Source: Gemmatimonadota bacterium (GTDB taxonomy: Bacteria > Gemmatimonadota > Gemmatimonadetes > Longimicrobiales > Gaopeijiaceae). From it: 11,456 nt of DNA. Of this stretch, positions 1 to 5,816 are shown one piece after another. Location of the stretch: NCBI GenBank assembly GCA_039589315.1, contig JBDHHQ010000154.1, forward strand, positions 1-11,456. The letters run 5' to 3'. The notes beneath the pieces were generated by a model, which saw nothing but the letters and a program-made list of their open reading frames with translations, did no database searches and had not been told where the DNA came from. The translations under genes were made by a program, and so were the position numbers. Position 1 is the stretch's first letter, and every line of letters begins with the position of its first letter.

Positions 1-62
1 GAACTGCGTTAGGTCAAGAGTTGCTCCTATCTTGCTTGTGGCGAGTGCACCCTTGATAGGGG

Positions 63-172
63 CGCCGCGCTTCGGAGCGATGAGCCTTGATCGCTTGCTC
101 CGTTCCCACCTACGGTGTTCACGTCGCTGCGCGGTCAGCACCGAGGTCGCGCAGCAGAACTGATCGTTAGGA
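63..172 (+). repeat. attC-like right portion upstream of cassette 1 (repeat copy X; paralogous to 1183-1330)
   Basis: 63-130 matches 1183-1250 at 62 of 68 positions by manual alignment. It ends in GGTCGCGCAGCAGAAC-TGATC-GTTAGGA (L'-spacer-R' layout). Internal stem GCTGCGCG 126-133 pairs with CGCGCAGC 148-155. Confidence 0.7.
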
Positions 173-186
173 GGCCGACGAACATC

Positions 187-1038
187 TTGGAACCTCCCAC
201 CTTCGCGCCCAAGTGGCAGCGGCTGATCACGGAATTGGTAGTGATCGTTGGCGGCATTCTGATCGCGTTCGGCGTGGACGCGGCGTGGGAGCGTCGACAG
301 GCCAGGTTGGAGCTCACGGCTGCCCTGACCGCCGCGCGTTCCGATCTGGCTTCGAGTCAAGCGCAGCTGAGTAGATACTGGCTCCCGTGGGACGAACAGG
401 TGCTCGTTGCCACTATCACGCTTCTCGCATCGGTCACAGACATCGCGATCGATGAGGCTCCGCCACCGGGCCCTGATCGGCTTGAATGGGTCGGCCCGGC
501 GATGGATCAGCTTGCCGCTGGCCTGCCTGAGGTTGTCCTGACCGACGACCGACAAATACTCGTGCCAGACTCGCTGCTAGGTCAGGCGCTGCTGGCTCCT
601 ACTCTAGATCCGTCATTGCCGGCAGTCATGGCGCTACTCGATAGCGGCCTGCTGGGATTGGCTGAGGACGAGGTGTTTGCACGCGCCCTTTCCGAACTCC
701 CCGGACAGTTAGAGGATCTGGCTGACGAGGAGGAGCAGGCCCGGGCGCATGTTTGGTCGGACCTAGTGCCTGTACTTTCGTCAGGGAACAACGTGGCTCA
801 CGTCAATCTGTTCAGTTTCTGGGGTGCTTTGGGCTTCTCTGAACCCGGCGCGAATGGTCCGCTCGAGGAGAGGCATCGGGGTGTCACGGAGATTCGAGTG
901 TCCCAGCGGTTGGTGAACGAACTTGCTACACGAGTGAAGTTGACGGCCGGCGTCGAGTTCACCGCCCGCGAGGTCAACCAGAGGCTCCTCAATCTGGTCC
1001 AGCTACTTGACGAGGAACTGGCCGGGTCGGCCTCCTAA
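187..1038 (+). CDS. DUF6090-like single-pass membrane protein (cassette 1), ~283 aa
   Basis: N-terminal motif W.RLITELVVIVGGILIAFGVD..WERRQ.R.E...L...RSDL resembles DUF6090-type proteins and the protein at 2503. The start is placed at TTG 187 because GTG 115 lies upstream of the cassette boundary at 166/167; AGGAGG at 169-174 is a candidate RBS. The stop TAA lies inside the inverse core site CCTCCTAAC. Confidence 0.75.
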   Translation: MEPPTFAPKWQRLITELVVIVGGILIAFGVDAAWERRQARLELTAALTAARSDLASSQAQLSRYWLPWDEQVLVATITLLASVTDIAIDEAPPPGPDRLEWVGPAMDQLAAGLPEVVLTDDRQILVPDSLLGQALLAPTLDPSLPAVMALLDSGLLGLAEDEVFARALSELPGQLEDLADEEEQARAHVWSDLVPVLSSGNNVAHVNLFSFWGALGFSEPGANGPLEERHRGVTEIRVSQRLVNELATRVKLTAGVEFTAREVNQRLLNLVQLLDEELAGSAS

Positions 1039-1125
1039 CACCCTTAAGAAGGACCGGGTCAAGAGGGTGGAGTGATCCCTGAGCGGCGGGCGCAGGCCGT
1101 CGCTTTTCATTGTTGCTGTTCCGAA
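1035..1125 (+). repeat. ~90-bp non-coding element, copy A (paralogous to 3228-3317)
   Basis: Manual alignment with 3228-3317 gives roughly 80% identity. Shared blocks are GACCGGGTCAAG, GCGCAG.CCGTCGCTT and TTGCTGTTCCGAA. Confidence 0.85.
1082..1107 (+). terminator. Possible weak intrinsic terminator hairpin inside the shared element
   Basis: AGCGGCGG 1082-1089 pairs with CCGTCGCT 1097-1104 (one G-U), followed by only TTT. A similar but weaker hairpin sits at 3275-3298 without a U-tract. Confidence 0.3.
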
Positions 1126-1182
1126 GCAGCTGTGCATCCGCGAGTAGACGCGGTGGACGGGAATCGGCTCAGGAGGCTCCTA

Positions 1183-1330
1183 CGCTGCGCTCCGGAGCGA
1201 TGAGCCTTGATCGCTTGGTCCGTTCACACTTACGGTGTTCACGCCGCTGCGGTGTTCACGTCGCTGCGCGGTGGCCGCTTGGGTCGCGCAGCCGAACCGC
1301 AAAGTCGTTCTATGAGAGCGATCGTTAGAC
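1183..1330 (+). repeat. Repeat copy Y (attC-like right portion) containing a 17-bp tandem duplication
   Basis: Paralogous to 63-170. CGGTGTTCACGCCGCTG 1233-1249 is followed directly by CGGTGTTCACGTCGCTG 1250-1266, and about 21 extra bp precede GATCGTTAG. Confidence 0.85.
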
Positions 1331-1452
1331 GGAGATCTCTCAGAGGATCAGGTTTCTTCTGAGGTTCCACACGAAACGGGTCTTCTGGCTTTCGTGGGCA
1401 CCGCCTCGTACGCTGAAGCTCACCTGAGATTCAGCTGCATCAGAGAGCGGAG

Positions 1453-2349
1453 GTGAGGGTGGAGTCGACTCGGCTAGCGCTCATCGGTGTTCCCTCCAGC
1501 GCAGGCGGACGCCGGACGGGCCAGGAGATGGGGCCGAGTGCGCTCCGGGCCGCCGGCCTCGCGGAGCGACTCCGTGCGAGTGGTCTCGATATTCGGGACC
1601 TCGGCGATCTGCCCGTGGTCCGCTTTCGGCCGAATCCCGAGTACCCGAAGCAGCAGAACGCCGAGCTGGTCCTCGATGTCGCGCGCGAAGTCGCGGAACT
1701 CGTGGGTCAAGCGATGGATGATGGCCGAGTACCGCTAGTCCTTGGGGGGGACTGCAGCATCAGTCTCGGGGTTATTGCCGGCCTCCTCCGGCACCGCCCG
1801 CACCTGGGGCTCCTCTACCTCGACGCAGACCTCGATCTCAACACTCCAGAGACCACCCTATCGGGAATCCTGGACGGAATGGTCCTCGCGCACCTTTTGG
1901 GGCGAGGCGTTCCCGAACTCGCCGCGGCAGGCCCGCGGCGTCCGATGCTCTCCGAATCCGACGTTGTCCTGTTCGGCTACGATCTGGAATCCGGTGCTGT
2001 AGATCCGTACGAGATCGAAGTGCTTGGGGAATCCGAGATGGCTTCTTACTCACTGCCTGCGGTCCGCGCGGACCCTGTGGGCTCTTCCCGCGCCGCGGAC
2101 CTTGAGTTCGGGGGTGACTTCGACGGATTCGTGGTTCACTTCGACGTCGACGTCACGAATCTCCGCTGCGTCGACGTGCCGCATCCGGGCGGACTCGAGG
2201 TTGAATCGGCGTTCCAGGCGTTGGAGGTGCTGGTCCAAGCCCCTAAGTGTGCGGCCGTGGTGGTCACTGAGTTCAACGCGGAACTCGATCCCGACGGGTC
2301 GGAGGCGGAGCGCCTCGTCGAAGGGCTGGTCGGAGCCTTCTCGCCGTGA
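1453..2349 (+). CDS. Arginase/ureohydrolase-family protein with atypical metal-site residues (cassette 2), 298 aa
   Basis: Family motifs are G...GPSALR.AGL, PLVLGGDCS, DADLDLNTPETT.SGILDGM, HFDVDV, PGGL and TEFN..LD. The start could be GTG 1453 or GTG 1459 (GGAGGT at 1449-1454). Confidence 0.9.
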   Translation: MRVESTRLALIGVPSSAGGRRTGQEMGPSALRAAGLAERLRASGLDIRDLGDLPVVRFRPNPEYPKQQNAELVLDVAREVAELVGQAMDDGRVPLVLGGDCSISLGVIAGLLRHRPHLGLLYLDADLDLNTPETTLSGILDGMVLAHLLGRGVPELAAAGPRRPMLSESDVVLFGYDLESGAVDPYEIEVLGESEMASYSLPAVRADPVGSSRAADLEFGGDFDGFVVHFDVDVTNLRCVDVPHPGGLEVESAFQALEVLVQAPKCAAVVVTEFNAELDPDGSEAERLVEGLVGAFSP

Positions 2350-2379
2350 GGGAGGGGGAGGGTCGTCCGGCCGATCTCC

Positions 2380-2482
2380 GTCTAACGTGCGGATGCTGCT
2401 GTCGCGGTCGAGATCCGGGTCCGTGCGCTTTGCGCACGGGTCAGGTATCGTGGTCGCGCAGCAGATCCGCTGACCGTTTGAG
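2380..2482 (+). other. attC recombination site (103 bp) closing the arginase cassette
   Basis: R'' GTCTAAC 2380-2386 is a perfect RYYYAAC. GCGGAT-G-CTGCTG-T-CGCG 2389-2406 pairs with CGCGCAGCAGATCCGC 2455-2470, leaving two unpaired bases (2395, 2402) at the usual extrahelical positions. The apical stem is CCGTGCGC-TTT-GCGCACGG 2421-2439, and R' GTT is at 2476. Confidence 0.88.
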
Positions 2483-2502
2483 AGCGCCGCCACCGGGGGT
2501 CA

Positions 2503-3231
2503 ATGAGTACTGATCGAAGGGCACCGCCTGCGGTACGGGTACTTGTCGAACTGGTCGTGATCGTGATCGGAGTGCTCATCGCTCTGTGGGTCGACAACCT
2601 CAACTCCGAACGTCAGGATCGGCTCCAGGAGCAGGCATACCTTCTCGGTATCGTCGAAGACCTTCAGGGCGACAGCTCTGCCCTGGCTGAGCGGCGAGCC
2701 ACGGCAATCCGCGGCCTTGAGGTTGCGGATCTCCTGCTTGCCCTCCGTGAAGACGCCTCTTCCTCGGCTTCCGCTGATTCACTGGCGGTGTGGTTGTTCC
2801 GGGCGGCCTTCGTGGACAATTTCCAGGTACTCGATCACACGTATCGGGAGATCCTGGGGGCAGGGGGACTGACCCTCATCCGTGACGAGCCGCTGCGGCG
2901 AAGTATTTCGGCGTACTATCGGAGCATCGAGTCGGCGGAGTTCTTCACCGAATACTACAAAGGCGAGGAGTCGGACTACTGGGATCTGCTCGCTGAGAGG
3001 CTGGATCCAGCAGACTTCGCCGCGCTAACCCGGGTCGACGAAGGACCGGGGAGACTCGACGTGGGCCGCCTACTTGGTCAGCTGCGCGGGGACAACGAGA
3101 TCGTCAACGCAATCCTGATGAACCGTCACTGGACTCAGTTGCGCCTCGAGATCACGGATCGGCGCATCGCAGCGAACGCGTCCCTGACCGGCCAGCTGAG
3201 AACACACTTAGCGGACAGGGGCGCACTCTAG
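2503..3231 (+). CDS. DUF6090-like single-pass membrane protein (cassette 3), 242 aa
   Basis: N-terminal ELVVIVIGVLIALWVDNLNSERQDRLQEQAYLLGIVEDL..D and internal TY.EI..AGGL.LIRDE.LR..I..YY motifs are typical of this family. The ATG is 27 nt after the GTT core, and the stop TAG lies within the degenerate inverse core CTCTAGC. Confidence 0.85.
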   Translation: MSTDRRAPPAVRVLVELVVIVIGVLIALWVDNLNSERQDRLQEQAYLLGIVEDLQGDSSALAERRATAIRGLEVADLLLALREDASSSASADSLAVWLFRAAFVDNFQVLDHTYREILGAGGLTLIRDEPLRRSISAYYRSIESAEFFTEYYKGEESDYWDLLAERLDPADFAALTRVDEGPGRLDVGRLLGQLRGDNEIVNAILMNRHWTQLRLEITDRRIAANASLTGQLRTHLADRGAL

Positions 3232-3317
3232 CACCATTATGAAAGACCGGGTCAAGGAGGCGGAATAATGCCTTAGCGGGGGGGCGCAGCCCGTCGCTTA
3301 GTGCTTGCTGTTCCGAA
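3228..3317 (+). repeat. ~90-bp non-coding element, copy B, after the degenerate inverse core of cassette 3
   Basis: Aligns with 1035-1125 in the same register relative to the stop codon (CTAACACC vs CTAGCACC). No convincing matching R' site is seen downstream. Confidence 0.85.
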
Positions 3318-3587
3318 ATGGGTTCCGCGAGGCAGCGCTGGGGAGGCCACTGTCGCAGCGGTGGTGCTCAACACCAGTCCTTCCTCCCGTCTCCCGACGC
3401 CCCTGGCGCGCCCCCGCCGCAGCCTTGCCCTCGGAACCCTCGACTCCACAACTTCGTAACGTCGGCACACGGACGGGCCACCCGCGCCTTCTGGCGGGAC
3501 GACTCACCTACCTGACGTGGCCCAAAGCCCTCCCCCGGTGTGCCGCTGTGTGAAGCTGTCGGTTCCTCTCGCCCGAGAGTCTTCGCC

Positions 3588-5816
3588 ATGGCGTCGTTCT
3601 TCGACCGCCTGAAGGAGAGGAAGCTGTTCCAGTGGGCTCTGGCCTATGCTGCTGGGGCTTGGGCGCTACTCGAAGGCGTGGACCTGGTAGGCGGCCAGTT
3701 CGGATGGCCCACGCGGTTGCTCCAGTCGGTCACCATCCTGGTCGCCGTTGGTTTCTTCGTCGTGCTCGTCCTCGCCTGGTACCACGGCGAGAGGGGACAG
3801 CAACGCGTAAGCGGCCGGGAGCTCCTGATCCTCACCGTGGTCCTCGCCTTTGGAGGTGGGCTGCTGGCCGCCCTGGGCGACCCGGAGGCGGGTTCCGAAC
3901 CGGCGGTCGGCGGAGAAGGTGCCGGAGTCTCCGCACCCGACGCGATCCCCTCGCCCCGTGAGGGGGTCAACCGCGTCTCCCTGATTCTCGCCGACTTCGA
4001 GAACCACACGACCGACCCGCATCTGGGTCTGATGACCACCGAAGCACTGCGCGTCGATCTGGCGGGGTCACGGCGCCTGGCGGTGTTGGAGCGCAGCTCG
4101 CTGGCAGGGGCGCTCCGGCGCATGGAGGTGGATCCATCCACGCCCCTGACGCGGGACGTAGCCGTCGAGATCGCGCAGCGGGAGGGTGTGCCGTTCGTCG
4201 TGGCGGGGCAGGTCGATGCTGTGGGCGGCGCGATCCAGTTTCTGGCGGAGCTGATTCGGCCCGGGGAAGACACGTCGGCCGGTGGCCGGAGAGTCGTCGC
4301 GAGTGACTCTACGGAGATCCTGTCCGCCATCGGCGAGCTCTCCAAGGGCCTTCGTGCAGACGCCGGTGAGTCCGCACGCTCCGTTTCGGAGGCTGGCCCG
4401 TTACCGGAAATCACGACGAGATCCTTCGAGGCGCTTCAGCTCTATGCCCGCGCAGTACGTCTCGGTGATGAGGGCGATTACCCGCGTGCCGTAGAGCTCC
4501 TGGAGCGAGCGGTGGCAGTGGACACCTCTTTCGCCATGGCGTACCTCAGGCTGGGCGCCTACGTCTCCAACATCCGCACTGACCGGACCCTACAGGTAGA
4601 GAGCTTCCGGAGAGCGTACCTCCTCCGCGACCGGCTCACGGAGCCGGAACGACTGCTCGCAGAGGACGGATACCAATGCTGCGTGACAGGGGACGTGAAG
4701 GCCGTGCTGGATGCAACTCGTACGATGGTCGAGCTGTATCCAGATCACAGGACCGGCCTCCAGAATCTGGGATCAGCGTACGGCCGGTTGGGACGCCATG
4801 AGCAGGCGGCGGCGGCGTTCCGGCGCGCCTTCGAGATCGACCCGACGTCATTCTCGACCTTAGGCAACCTCACCACTCACCTCATCGCCCTGGGTGAACT
4901 CGATGTGGCTGATCAGGTCATCGACGAGTTCGATGGGGCGTCTCCTGACCACTGGGGTGTGCTTTGGAGAAGATCTGAGGTCGAGAAGGCGCGAGAAAAC
5001 TATGGGGCTGCGGAGGAACACCTGCTGACACTGGCCAACTTGCCCCCACCCACTGGCTTCGCGACGACGGTCCTGGCAGGCGCCCGCCGCCGCTTGTATC
5101 AGCGCCGGGGGCAGGTGGCCAACGCTCTGGCCCAGGCCGCGGAGCTTCGAAGACTCCGGATGTCCGAGGGCGTCCCCGGAGAGGCCATACTGGAAGCGTC
5201 CCACGAGGCCAACCTGCACTCTCGGTTGCTGGGAGACCAGACGACCGCCGAGGCCGTCCTCGATCAGGCTTTGGCCGATCACCCCCTGGCGGCCATCGGG
5301 CCTCATGATGTTCCCTACCTCGACCTCATCGAGGCATATGCCTGGGCAGGGCGACCGGATAGGAGCCGGGCCCTCCACGCGGAGTACGAACAGCGCGTTC
5401 CATCCGACGAACGCGGCGCTCGAAGGGAGGTTCCGGGCGAGCAGCCGCGTGTCCTTTCGCAGGTAGCCCTCGCTGCAGGAGACAGTGAGGAGTCTATTGG
5501 TCTTCTGCGCGACGCGCGGGATCTCTACTGCCACCCGGCGCGCTGCGCTGTCCTGCTGTCGATCGCGCATGACGCGGCGGCCCGCCCCGACTCGGCGATC
5601 GCCTGGTACGAGAAGTACCTGGACACGTTTCGTCGAGCCGAAATCGACGACGAATACCTTGCCCCGGTTCTGGAGCGCTTGGCCCAGCTCCACGACGAAC
5701 ACGGTGATCCGGCACGAGCGGAGGCGCTATACACCCGGTTCGTCGATCTCTGGGAGGAGGCGGATCCGGAGCTCCAGCCTCGCGTCGAAGCCGCGAAGGC
5801 GAGGCTGGGCCGGTGA
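3588..5816 (+). CDS. Membrane-anchored TPR protein, paralogue 1 (3-TM N-terminal cap + TolB-N/CsgG-like alpha/beta domain + TPRs), 742 aa
   Basis: ATG 3588 (MASFFDRLKERKLFQW) aligns with the starts of the other two paralogues. It has three hydrophobic segments, the ILADFEN...ALRRM...AQREG...GES...PLPEITTRSFEAL module, TPR-like repeats (e.g. NLGSAYGRLGRHEQAAAAFRRAFEIDP), and C-terminal WEEADPELQPRV. Confidence 0.9.
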   Translation: MASFFDRLKERKLFQWALAYAAGAWALLEGVDLVGGQFGWPTRLLQSVTILVAVGFFVVLVLAWYHGERGQQRVSGRELLILTVVLAFGGGLLAALGDPEAGSEPAVGGEGAGVSAPDAIPSPREGVNRVSLILADFENHTTDPHLGLMTTEALRVDLAGSRRLAVLERSSLAGALRRMEVDPSTPLTRDVAVEIAQREGVPFVVAGQVDAVGGAIQFLAELIRPGEDTSAGGRRVVASDSTEILSAIGELSKGLRADAGESARSVSEAGPLPEITTRSFEALQLYARAVRLGDEGDYPRAVELLERAVAVDTSFAMAYLRLGAYVSNIRTDRTLQVESFRRAYLLRDRLTEPERLLAEDGYQCCVTGDVKAVLDATRTMVELYPDHRTGLQNLGSAYGRLGRHEQAAAAFRRAFEIDPTSFSTLGNLTTHLIALGELDVADQVIDEFDGASPDHWGVLWRRSEVEKARENYGAAEEHLLTLANLPPPTGFATTVLAGARRRLYQRRGQVANALAQAAELRRLRMSEGVPGEAILEASHEANLHSRLLGDQTTAEAVLDQALADHPLAAIGPHDVPYLDLIEAYAWAGRPDRSRALHAEYEQRVPSDERGARREVPGEQPRVLSQVALAAGDSEESIGLLRDARDLYCHPARCAVLLSIAHDAAARPDSAIAWYEKYLDTFRRAEIDDEYLAPVLERLAQLHDEHGDPARAEALYTRFVDLWEEADPELQPRVEAAKARLGR

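Larger units (their letters stand above)
1031..1330 (+). other. Atypical, composite ~300-bp attC region closing cassette 1
   Basis: Starts with the inverse core (TCCTAAC 1033-1039) and ends with a perfect GTTRRRY core (GTTAGAC 1324-1330). The sequence just after TAAC does not pair with the right arm. The interval contains the shared ~90-bp element (1035-1125) and repeat copy Y (1183-1330). Confidence 0.6.
167..3317 (+). mobile_element. Integron-type gene cassette array (at least 3 cassettes: 167-1324, 1325-2476, 2477-~3317+); no intI in window (CALIN-like, or the distal end of a longer array)
   Basis: Three co-oriented single ORFs, each preceded by a GTT core site (GTTAGGA 166-172, GTTAGAC 1324-1330, GTTTGAG 2476-2482). 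Each is followed by an inverse core complementary to its own 5' site: CCTCCTAAC 1031-1039 vs GTTAGGAGG 166-174; GATCTCCGTCTAAC 2373-2386 vs GTTAGACGGAGATC 1324-1337; GGCGCACTCTAGC 3220-3232 vs GTTTGAGAGCGCC 2476-2488 (10/13). All three right arms carry GGTCGCGCAGC (145-155, 1282-1292, 2452-2462). Confidence 0.85.

Noticed and set aside
115..186. N-terminal extension of ORF 115..1038 from GTG 115
   Set aside because: It lies in the repeated attC-like sequence upstream of the cassette boundary, and family similarity begins only after 187.
1110..1328. 72-aa ORF in the spacer between cassettes 1 and 2
   Set aside because: It is a translation of repeat/attC sequence, spans a 17-bp duplication that is not a multiple of three, and has no recognisable protein features.
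1331..1452. Known guanidine riboswitch upstream of the ureohydrolase
   Set aside because: There are no paired ACGR-loop hairpins or other class motif I can recognise, so it is kept only as an unclassified structured leader.
2492..2503. ACCGGGGGTCAA resembling ACCGGGTCAA in the shared element, and GGTCAAGAG at 12-20
   Set aside because: These matches are too short and not collinear with the rest of the element, so chance is plausible in GC-rich DNA.
3225..3255. Antisense sigma70-like promoter (TTGACC-19 bp-TAGAGT on the minus strand)
   Set aside because: The spacing is long and the -10 box is not preserved in the other copy of the element (TAGGAG).
63..3317. CRISPR array interpretation of the repeats
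   Set aside because: The repeats are long, only two copies each, separated by whole genes, and no cas genes are present.
3540..3587. Upstream GTG start for paralogue 1
   Set aside because: The paralogue N-termini align with ATG 3588.
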